Made by a program: the position numbers and the translations under genes
Notes under the pieces: model-generated
What the model saw: the letters and a program-made list of their open reading frames with translations, nothing else
Told to the model about the DNA's origin: nothing
The model's database searches: none
NCBI GenBank assembly: GCA_045614665.1
Contig: JAZLDI010000005.1
Location: forward strand, 3,738-67,737
Direction: 5' to 3'
Length of the DNA stretch: 64,000 nucleotides
Source of the DNA: Candidatus Enterousia sp.
GTDB taxonomy: Bacteria; Pseudomonadota; Alphaproteobacteria; Rs-D84
Part shown: positions 44,322 through 52,444 of the stretch, one piece after another
How positions within the stretch are numbered: the stretch's first letter is position 1
Layout of the letters: the number at the start of each line of letters is the position of its first letter

Positions 44322-46478
44322 ATGAATATAAGAATATTTGCAGCGTTATTGTGTTTGGTGCCAGGGATTTCTTTTGCCGCGTCGCGGGCGGATTCTGCAC
44401 GTGTCGGGGTTGGTCGTGTGTCTAATGCGGCGGCGCGTATGCCGACGCTGACAGCGTATGCAAATGGCAATGCGTCGACGGAAGTTGCAACCGATGGTGG
44501 TGCGGATATAAAACCAGGGCAGGGGACAACAGATATTCCATCGGAAGAATTGCCAAAAGAAGATGGGGCTGAAACGCCTGCGTCTGGAAATGGCGCCAAT
44601 TGTCGTGAGGCGTATCGCGCGTGTATGGATGATTTTTGTCTGTTGGACGAGTCTGAAGGGTATCGTTGTGCGTGTTCGTCAAATATTGAAAAATCCAAAA
44701 GTTTAATCCAGGAAATTCAGTCTATTCAAGAAGAGGCAGATAGACTTTATACAGAGGGGGTAGAGCGTGAACAACTGGGGGCCAAGGCAAAATTGGTTTT
44801 TGGTGAAAGCGATGCGGCCAAGAAGAATTCTGTTCTGACGGGATTTGATTTCTCGGCATGGGCGACCAGTGGTGCCGGTGATGAAGAAGATGAGGGGCTG
44901 GATGCGGATTTTGAAATTGGTGACGCGCTTTATGAAATGGCAGCAGAACAATGTGCTGCGGAATTAGAGGCGTGTGGTTCCAAAGCAGAAATGGAAGAAT
45001 TGCTTTATTCTCGCCAAATTACGGCTGATTGCAAATCGTATAATACGTATCTAAATGAACAAAAAATTAATGCCCAGGCGAATAAGCGCACCGCAGAAGC
45101 TGCCGTTCGCAAGGCGCGCTTGGAAATGCTGGATACGACGAACAAGTATAATCAGGGTGAATGCTTGTTGGCGTACAAGGCGTGTGTTGCGGACAAGGGG
45201 GGGTGTGGTTCTAATTTTGAGAACTGTTTAGATGCAGATTTGTTGGGACGGCGTGCGAATGCGTGCGAAGGGGTTCTGGATCAATGTATGGCGGTTCGCG
45301 ATTATGTTTTAAAGGACTGGAAAGCAGAATCCCAGGCTATATTGCTTGATGCCGAAAAATATGCTGATAAATATCGTCGGCAGACGTGTTTGGCCCAGAT
45401 TCAAGTATGTTTGGAAGATGGGTGTTCAACATCGACAAATTCGGCGTGTTTGTCTGATGTTAATGTTGCGGCTGGTGTTTGCCCAATCATCGATGAATGT
45501 AATGAAATGATTCCTGGGTTAAAAAGTGTCGTAAATGATAAGCTGTTTTATTTACGGACCCAGTTCTGCCAGAATGATATTGATGCTTGTTTGCGGGATA
45601 AGTGTGGTGAAAACTTTGCTGCGCCTGAATGTGTCGGGAAAAGGGCAAAAGACATTGCAAAGTTGTGTCCCCAGGATATGTTCCCGTCGTGTAAAAACGA
45701 AAGTCAGTTTGATATTATTGTCCAGGCAGCGTTATTGCAGATGGATTATCAGTTGATGCAGGGTTGTGTAAACCACTTTGATGAACAATTGGGCAAGGTT
45801 TGTGGAACCGATATGGCGTGTTTGCCAAATGATGCAACGGTCGAAGGGTTGATGGCCCTGCCAAAGAATGAGGCAGGGTTTGCGGCGTTGCGTGCGACGG
45901 TGCGTGATAATTCCGCCACCGCGGTTGAGGAATTCTTTGCACAGTTTGAAAAGGATATGACAGTTTCTGCCTGCCTGGACAGCGAAAAGCCAAAGGGTAA
46001 AAAGAGTTTGGCTGATACTGTGTTTAATTCGGCAAAAATGATTGCGAAAATTGGTGCTGAAAATCGTGCGTTGCGTGCGTTGGAAACTAAAATTGCAGAA
46101 CTGTCACGTCAGCAAGACTTGGCCGAGGCTGAGAAAAACTGTTACAATACCTACAAGGTTGAAAAGCCAGATGAGTCTGATAAAAATTATAGTTATATCC
46201 GCAGTGTAACATTTGAACCAGATTTGCGTAATTGTCACGTTTGTCGTATGCAACAAGTTTGTGAAACTGGTGGCGAATCCAAGGCATCATCGGCGTTAAA
46301 GGCGGCAGCGGGCGGTTTGTCGGCGGGTGCGGCGGCCGGAACGATGATTAATGCCGGTTGGGGGACCGCGATTGGCGGAATCGTTGGTGCGGTCGGTGCT
46401 GGTATTGGTGGTGCTTTGTCGGGTGGTAAACAAGATTTTTGTCAGGAAATTGAATCCTGTGAAGACATTAATATGTAA
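44322..46478 (+). CDS. Exported Cys-rich protein, paralog family member C, with C-terminal glycine-zipper anchor
   Basis: Start at ATG 44322 (44316 is also possible). Signal MNIRIFAALLCLVPGISFA. CREAYRACMDDFCLLDESEGYRCACS module. Motifs GGCGSNFENC and DKCGENFAAPEC. C-terminus AAGGLSAGAAAGTMINAGWGTAIGGIVGAVGAGIGGALSGG. Confidence 0.85.
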   Translation: MNIRIFAALLCLVPGISFAASRADSARVGVGRVSNAAARMPTLTAYANGNASTEVATDGGADIKPGQGTTDIPSEELPKEDGAETPASGNGANCREAYRACMDDFCLLDESEGYRCACSSNIEKSKSLIQEIQSIQEEADRLYTEGVEREQLGAKAKLVFGESDAAKKNSVLTGFDFSAWATSGAGDEEDEGLDADFEIGDALYEMAAEQCAAELEACGSKAEMEELLYSRQITADCKSYNTYLNEQKINAQANKRTAEAAVRKARLEMLDTTNKYNQGECLLAYKACVADKGGCGSNFENCLDADLLGRRANACEGVLDQCMAVRDYVLKDWKAESQAILLDAEKYADKYRRQTCLAQIQVCLEDGCSTSTNSACLSDVNVAAGVCPIIDECNEMIPGLKSVVNDKLFYLRTQFCQNDIDACLRDKCGENFAAPECVGKRAKDIAKLCPQDMFPSCKNESQFDIIVQAALLQMDYQLMQGCVNHFDEQLGKVCGTDMACLPNDATVEGLMALPKNEAGFAALRATVRDNSATAVEEFFAQFEKDMTVSACLDSEKPKGKKSLADTVFNSAKMIAKIGAENRALRALETKIAELSRQQDLAEAEKNCYNTYKVEKPDESDKNYSYIRSVTFEPDLRNCHVCRMQQVCETGGESKASSALKAAAGGLSAGAAAGTMINAGWGTAIGGIVGAVGAGIGGALSGGKQDFCQEIESCEDINM

Positions 46479-46494
46479 GAAAAAGAGAGAGACT

Positions 46495-48972
46495 ATGAAA
46501 AAATTAGGTACATTTTGTAGTGTGTTGGCGGCGTTATCTGTGATGACATCGGCGGATGTGATGGCTGCAACTAAGAAGACATCGACAACAAAACAATCCA
46601 CCATACAAAAGGGAACATCTGTTCGTGCCAAGGTGACGGCAACGGGGCTTTATGATCAGGAATGTTACGATGCGTTTTATGGGTGTATGGATCAATTCTG
46701 TATTTCCGATACATCAAATGGGGGCAGTTGCGCGTGCAGTGATGCATCATTTGAGTATGAAAATAAATTCAAGGCAATCCAAGATAAAATGATAGAGGCC
46801 GAACGTATTGCCACCGAAGAGGTTGAAAAGGTTCAGGCCGGTGCTGATGCAGACATCATTTTCACGGGTAAACGTGAATACAATGATGATGGTTCAATCG
46901 TTGATTTGGGTGAAGAAAAACAGACCAAGGAACAGAAACGGGCCGATTTGTTGGCAATGTTTGAAACAGATTTGTATGATGACGAAGAAGAAGAAGAATA
47001 TGTTGATATTTCTGATTTGACGGGAGATGCATTGTTTGAAGCCGCCGAAGAACTGTGTCTGGAACAGATTCCAGAATCGTGCGAGGCAAAAGATATCGCG
47101 TTATTGCGCCAAATGTATTCACGTCAGATTGTTTCCGATTGCAAGGCGTTTGAAAATACAATCGCATCCAAATCCGTTGACGCAGACAAGGCAATGGCTG
47201 CCGCCGAAGGCGCGGTGCGTGCCGCATTGAAAGAAAGTTTTGACAGTGCGAACAAGTATGATTTGGGAACCTGTATGGTTGAATTCAAGAAGTGTATGCG
47301 TACCGAGGACGCCTGTGGATCGAATTGGGATAACTGTGTATCAACGATTGCGTCTGAAAATATGCAAAATGAAAAGGCCAAGAATGTTGCCGGCACGACC
47401 GTAGAAACCGTGAATGTCTATGACATTACGGCATCGACGATGGAAATATTGGATTCAAAACGTATAATTTGTGAACGTGTTCTGGACAGTTGCGTTGCCG
47501 TTCGTGATAACGTTTGGCCGGCTTTCCTGCGCGAGGCGGCACCAACAATTAAACTGGCCGAGGGGCGTGCAGAGTCCAAAATGCGTCAGTCCTGTTTGAC
47601 CAATATTTCAAGCTGTATCCAAAAGGCATGTAAAGATGATATTGTCGGCAAGGGGGTTGATTCTATGGATGCGTGTTTATCGCGCCCAGATATGGCACGT
47701 TCATTCTGCAAGGTGGAAATTGACCCATGTGAACGTATGGAACCGTTAATCTGGGGATATGTCGTAGATAAATTGGCGGCGATGCGTGTTGATGCCTGTA
47801 CACAAGAAGTCAAAGATTGCTTTACCGCGGATACACGTTGTGGTGAAAACTTTGAAAATTGTATTGGTATGGATTATGACTATATCCACGATATTTGCCC
47901 AATAGACAGCTTGGTTGTGTGCAAGGCGAATAATCCAAAATTCTCAATGGATGATTTGGATTCTATGTTGATGGGGCTGTATTTAAATATTGATAATTCT
48001 GCCCTGGATACGTGCCAGAATCTGGTTGATGAAAAGATGATGGAAATTTGTGGTTCCACCACAGATTGTAGCAGTTTTGCCGCAGACGATGTCATTGGGA
48101 CAGGCAGTTTATTCTCGCAAAAACTGGATGATGTGTATCGTGTGACGGGTATGATATCATTTGGTTCAATAAAGATGGGGGCGGCATCTGTGGTTTCTGA
48201 TGACGAAGAGATATTAAAACCCGGTGAAATTGGTGTAAAAGACTATATCAGTCAGATACGTGCCAAAAATGTCAATGTAAAAGATTCAGCGGCGATAATA
48301 TCATCGATTGAAAGCGAATTGGAAAATATTGCGGGAACAATTAATCGTACCATTGAAATGATAGAATTGGATCCAGAAATTCAGTATTGTATAAACGGTC
48401 GTGATTTGTCCCAGATTACTGGTCAAAAGGGCGCTAAAACCACGGGGCGTTTCCCGAATCTGTTGAATCAGTTAAAGGTTCAAATTGCGACGGCGGCTTT
48501 GCGTAAGGCACAGGATAATTATAACGAGAAGTTCCAGGACCTGGTTGCGGATGCGACCAAAGATGCAGATACGGATTTGGCCCAGTATATGTGTCAGAAG
48601 ATGGCCGAAACAGGTGCAATGACATTAACCAGTCCAAGTACCGAAATAATGCCACCATATGCAATTTCGTATGATGTTGGTGTGGGGCTGACGGCGGCAG
48701 ATTTGTCCCAGGGGGGCAAAGGCGTGGCGTCGCTGGGCGGTGTAACATTCAAGAACAATGGATATCTGGGTAAATCAAATACAGATATGAATGCAGGCAC
48801 CAAAGAAACAACCGCGATATTTAATCGCGAAACCCGTACGTGTAGCGTTTGTACAACGGTTGTTACCCAGGATTGTAAGACCTCTGGCTCCAAGTCCTGG
48901 TTCCATAATAACCGTAATATAGAATGCAAGGCGGGTGAACCGGTTGAAAAGTGTGAAAATATCCAGATGTAA
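46495..48972 (+). CDS. Exported Cys-rich protein, paralog family member D (825 aa)
   Basis: Start at ATG 46495 (MKKLGTFCSVLAALSVMTSADVMA). CYDAFYGCMDQFCISDTSNGGSCACS module. Motifs DACGSNWDNC and TRCGENFENC. Collinear with member A. Confidence 0.85.
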   Translation: MKKLGTFCSVLAALSVMTSADVMAATKKTSTTKQSTIQKGTSVRAKVTATGLYDQECYDAFYGCMDQFCISDTSNGGSCACSDASFEYENKFKAIQDKMIEAERIATEEVEKVQAGADADIIFTGKREYNDDGSIVDLGEEKQTKEQKRADLLAMFETDLYDDEEEEEYVDISDLTGDALFEAAEELCLEQIPESCEAKDIALLRQMYSRQIVSDCKAFENTIASKSVDADKAMAAAEGAVRAALKESFDSANKYDLGTCMVEFKKCMRTEDACGSNWDNCVSTIASENMQNEKAKNVAGTTVETVNVYDITASTMEILDSKRIICERVLDSCVAVRDNVWPAFLREAAPTIKLAEGRAESKMRQSCLTNISSCIQKACKDDIVGKGVDSMDACLSRPDMARSFCKVEIDPCERMEPLIWGYVVDKLAAMRVDACTQEVKDCFTADTRCGENFENCIGMDYDYIHDICPIDSLVVCKANNPKFSMDDLDSMLMGLYLNIDNSALDTCQNLVDEKMMEICGSTTDCSSFAADDVIGTGSLFSQKLDDVYRVTGMISFGSIKMGAASVVSDDEEILKPGEIGVKDYISQIRAKNVNVKDSAAIISSIESELENIAGTINRTIEMIELDPEIQYCINGRDLSQITGQKGAKTTGRFPNLLNQLKVQIATAALRKAQDNYNEKFQDLVADATKDADTDLAQYMCQKMAETGAMTLTSPSTEIMPPYAISYDVGVGLTAADLSQGGKGVASLGGVTFKNNGYLGKSNTDMNAGTKETTAIFNRETRTCSVCTTVVTQDCKTSGSKSWFHNNRNIECKAGEPVEKCENIQM

Positions 48973-48975
48973 GAT

Positions 48976-49004
48976 AAAAATCCCCCAAGTGGGGGATTTT
49001 TTAT
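48976..49004 (+). terminator. Rho-independent terminator
   Basis: AAAAATCCCCC-aagt-GGGGGATTTTTT. Confidence 0.85.
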
Positions 49005-49020
49005 TTGTGGTTCATAGATA

Positions 49021-49048
49021 TTAAAACACCCCGTTTGGGGTGTTTTAT
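49021..49048. terminator. Hairpin terminator for the convergent nrd operon
   Basis: AAAACACCCC-gttt-GGGGTGTTTTA. Confidence 0.75.
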
Positions 49049-49050
49049 GA

Positions 49051-49752
49051 TTATTCCCGCCATATGACAGATTTGAACATAGAATTTATTTTTTCGCGTA
49101 GGGGAATGTCATTAAAAAACTGTTCCCGGGATGCTGAATCTGTTTTATGGGCGTCATCTTCAAAGTGTGGGATATATTTTTGAATCGCAATATTGGCAAC
49201 GTTGCGTGCGTGCAAAATATCCACAATTTCCAGCAAGTCAGGTTTTGTGATAAAGCGTGGGTCGGTGGTTATGCGAACCTCAAATTCTTTGCCAGTGTTG
49301 CGCCATATATCCAGTGATTTTATCATATTATCATATGCAATATGTTGCCCCGTCAGGTCTGGGTATTTTTCGCGTGTTGCCTTGAAATCCAGGCCAATCC
49401 AATCAACCACTTCTGTCGCACGGCGTAATGTTTCTGGATAGAATCCGTTGGTGTGTAATCCGATTTTAAATCCCAATTCGCGTACACGTCGCATATATTC
49501 AATGGCTGTGTCGCCTTGCATCAATGCTTCGCCCCCTGAAAACACGACAGATTCCAGTTTGCCAACACGCGATTTCAACCATTCAAATACCCGTTCTGGG
49601 TCATATTCGCCATCGTGTGGGGTTAATAAATGGGGATTGGAACAATATGCACACCGCAATGGACATCCAACCAAGAACAGCACAGCTGCCAATTTCCCTG
49701 GATAATCAATTGTGGTGAATGAAACCAATCCCCCGATTTGTACAGTTCTCAT
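49051..49752 (-). CDS. nrdG: Anaerobic ribonucleoside-triphosphate reductase activating protein (radical SAM)
   Basis: GCPLRCAYCSNPHL (CxxxCxxC). VVFSGGE. Immediately downstream of the nrdD parts. Confidence 0.9.
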   Translation of the reverse strand: MRTVQIGGLVSFTTIDYPGKLAAVLFLVGCPLRCAYCSNPHLLTPHDGEYDPERVFEWLKSRVGKLESVVFSGGEALMQGDTAIEYMRRVRELGFKIGLHTNGFYPETLRRATEVVDWIGLDFKATREKYPDLTGQHIAYDNMIKSLDIWRNTGKEFEVRITTDPRFITKPDLLEIVDILHARNVANIAIQKYIPHFEDDAHKTDSASREQFFNDIPLREKINSMFKSVIWRE

Positions 49753-49762
49753 AATGATAAAC

Positions 49763-49942
49763 TTATGCTGCTTTCTTTAACAGTTCAGCGTGACGGCAGC
49801 CCGTAGTTAAACAGTTTGATTCTGTAAATGTTTTGCGTTCGCAAAATTCAGAATATTTGCCAATGTTAAAGTTCGATACCGGGCGAATAAAACCCATAGA
49901 GCGTGAAAATACTTCGCAACGTGTTCTTTGGCAATTAGTCAT
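49763..49942 (-). CDS. 59-aa ORF carrying the NrdD glycyl-radical loop (MTNCQRTRCEVFSRSMGFIRPVSNFNIGKYSEFCERKTF...)
   Basis: My own translation (below the ORF-track cutoff). GGGAGGA SD 7 nt before the ATG. RSMGF...FNIGK..EF..RK matches the RxxG[YF]...N.GK..E...R C-terminal motif of class III RNRs. Confidence 0.7.
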   Translation of the reverse strand: MTNCQRTRCEVFSRSMGFIRPVSNFNIGKYSEFCERKTFTESNCLTTGCRHAELLKKAA

Positions 49943-49991
49943 AATGTGTTCCTCCCTTTCTTTTATGCTGACTGTTAATAGTTGTTTATTG

Positions 49992-52016
49992 TTATGCCTG
50001 ATTTGCGCCGTTTTCTGCGTCGCATTTCGGACAGAATTCGTGTTTGCCCGGTAAATATCCGTGTTTTGGACAAATCGAAAATGTTGGTGTTAATGTCATA
50101 TATGGCACCTTGTAATTTTCGAAGATTGTGCGGACAATTTTTTGTGCGGCATCGCCACTGGATACTGGTTCACCCATATACAGGTGTAACATCGTTCCAC
50201 CGGTGTATTTACGCTGTAACTCTTCCTGGTGTTCCAGGGCGACGAACGGGTCATCGGTAAAGTTCACAGGTAACTGGGTTGAATTTGTGTAATATGGTGC
50301 GTCCTTGGTGCCTGCAGTGATGATGTCTGGGAAATTCTTGACGTCTGTTTTTGCGAAGCGATATGAACATCCCTCGGCTGGGGTAGCTTCCAGATTATAC
50401 AGGTTTCCGGTTTGTTCCTGGAAATTGGCCAGGTTTTCACGGATAAAGTCCATAACGTCCAGAACCATTTTTTTACCAAATACGGTCGCAATGTTTTCAG
50501 CACCGTTGGTAAAGTTTAATACCATTTCATTTGCGCCATTTACACCAATGGTAGAGAAGTGGTGACTCCAATCGCCCAGATAACGGCGGGTAAACGGATA
50601 CAGACCGCGTTCCATATTCTTGGTGATAATTTTGCGTTTGATTTCCAGGCTGTCACGGCCCAAATCCAATAGACGTTTCAGCTCGCGGAACAGGCCATCA
50701 CGGTCACCCTTGTGTATATATCCCAAGCGCGCCAGATTGATTGTTACAACGCCGATGGAACCCGTCTTTTCAGCAGAACCAAACAGACCGCCACCGCGCT
50801 TTAACAATTCGCGTACGTCCAGACGCAGACGGCAACACATAGAACGAACATCTGTTGGATTCAAGTCAGAATTCAGGAAGTTCTGGAAATTTGGAATCCC
50901 GTACTTTGCCGCCAATTCAAACAATGGTTTTACATTTGGGTGTTCCCATGGGAAATCCGGTGTAATGTTATATGTGGGAATTGGGAATGTGAACGGACGG
51001 CCCAGGGCATCACCTTCGGTCATAACTTCTATAAATGCCTTGTTAATCATATCCATTTCTGTTTGCAGGTCGCCATAGGTAAAGTCAACTTGTTTGCGAC
51101 CGACAAATGGACGTTGTGGTTTCAAATCCGTTGGACAGGTCCAATCAAATGTAAAATTGATGAATGGTGTCTGGGTTCCCCAACGGCATGGTACACCACA
51201 GTTGAATACCAATGTCTGCATCGCATTCTTTACATCTTCATATGACAGGTTGTCAATGCGAACGTATGGTGCCAGATATGTGTCAACCGATGAAAATGCC
51301 TGGGCGCCTGCGAATTCATTTTGCAATGTACCAAGGAAGTTTACCATGTGCGATATAGCCGTCGCCATGTGTTTTGCAGGCTCGCAATGTAAATAACCTG
51401 GGACGCCGTTAAACCCCTCGTACAATAATTCACGCAGGGACCAACCTGCACAATATCCCGTCAGCCAACCCAAATCGTGTACGTGAATGGCAGCGTTTTT
51501 GTGTGCCTCTGCCACGGCGCGTGGGTACAGATTCAACCAATATTCAGCAGTTACACGTTCAGATGTACGCAAAATCAAACCACCAATAGAATAGCCAACA
51601 TTTGCGTTTTCTTTGATACGCCAATTAGAACCACCGACATATCCCTCTATAACATCAACAGCATCTACCATCGATTCGCGGATTTCAGTGCGTTTCTGGC
51701 GATAGATGATATATGATTCGGCCGTTTTATATGCGCCATTATCCATCAGTTTGCGAATCACAGTATCCTGGATTGTTTCAACCGATGGTGCGCGTTGAAT
51801 GTATTCAGCCGCCAATGTATCCAAGACAGATTGTGTGATTGTCGCAATTTGTTCATTACTTAGTTCGGTTGTAACATCGACTGCACGTTTAATTGCGTTG
51901 TATATTTTGATAGCATTAAAGGGTACAGTTTCACCACCACGTTTTTGAACCGCAACCAGGGTAGTTGTGAAATTTGGTGTAAATTCAATTTTTGTTTCAA
52001 TCTGTGTTTCTGACAT
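49992..52016 (-). CDS. nrdD: Anaerobic ribonucleoside-triphosphate reductase large part (ATP-cone plus catalytic barrel), lacking the glycyl-radical loop
   Basis: ATP-cone VQKRGGETVPFNAIKIYNAI. NrdD core. Ends at FSICPKHGYLPGKHEFCPKCDAENGANQA-stop, just before the position where RxxGY normally follows. Confidence 0.92.
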   Translation of the reverse strand: MSETQIETKIEFTPNFTTTLVAVQKRGGETVPFNAIKIYNAIKRAVDVTTELSNEQIATITQSVLDTLAAEYIQRAPSVETIQDTVIRKLMDNGAYKTAESYIIYRQKRTEIRESMVDAVDVIEGYVGGSNWRIKENANVGYSIGGLILRTSERVTAEYWLNLYPRAVAEAHKNAAIHVHDLGWLTGYCAGWSLRELLYEGFNGVPGYLHCEPAKHMATAISHMVNFLGTLQNEFAGAQAFSSVDTYLAPYVRIDNLSYEDVKNAMQTLVFNCGVPCRWGTQTPFINFTFDWTCPTDLKPQRPFVGRKQVDFTYGDLQTEMDMINKAFIEVMTEGDALGRPFTFPIPTYNITPDFPWEHPNVKPLFELAAKYGIPNFQNFLNSDLNPTDVRSMCCRLRLDVRELLKRGGGLFGSAEKTGSIGVVTINLARLGYIHKGDRDGLFRELKRLLDLGRDSLEIKRKIITKNMERGLYPFTRRYLGDWSHHFSTIGVNGANEMVLNFTNGAENIATVFGKKMVLDVMDFIRENLANFQEQTGNLYNLEATPAEGCSYRFAKTDVKNFPDIITAGTKDAPYYTNSTQLPVNFTDDPFVALEHQEELQRKYTGGTMLHLYMGEPVSSGDAAQKIVRTIFENYKVPYMTLTPTFSICPKHGYLPGKHEFCPKCDAENGANQA

Positions 52017-52040
52017 TTTATAACTCCGATACTACTAAAA

Positions 52041-52056
52041 ACACAACATATAGTGA
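52041..52056. promoter_or_regulatory. NrdR-box-like palindrome 1 (ACACAACATATAGTGA)
   Basis: Matches the acaCwAtATaTwGtgt consensus at most positions. 25 nt upstream of the nrdD ATG. Confidence 0.55.
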
Positions 52057-52073
52057 TTGTTTATTTGATTTGA

Positions 52074-52089
52074 TATCAATATATAGTTT
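52074..52089. promoter_or_regulatory. NrdR-box-like palindrome 2 (TATCAATATATAGTTT)
   Basis: Core CaAtATaTaG matches. Centre-to-centre distance to box 1 is 33 bp. Overlaps a candidate -10 element (TATATT) on the minus strand. Confidence 0.5.
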
Positions 52090-52444
52090 TTAGGCCTGGT
52101 AAACAATCTATAAAACATAATTTTTTTTGTATTTTTTGCTTTACTTTTCAAAAGGCGTATTTTCCGCCTGTTTGCGCGTAGAAACAGAATCGGTTGTCTG
52201 ATACGAAATAATGTTTTGTGCCAAGGTTTTGTGTTTTTTTGCCTGGGAAATGATTCGTTTTTTAAATAAAAATACAAAATATTGATTAAAAATTGAGAAT
52301 CAGACACTATATCTTGACAAGATGAAAGTCTTTATTTGTCTAAAATAGGTTGTGTTTCCTACAAAAAACGGGTACATTATGATTATGCCCGGTGGCAATG
52401 GTGCCCGGGGCAACCTTAACATAAAAAATAAAAAGAGCATTATT

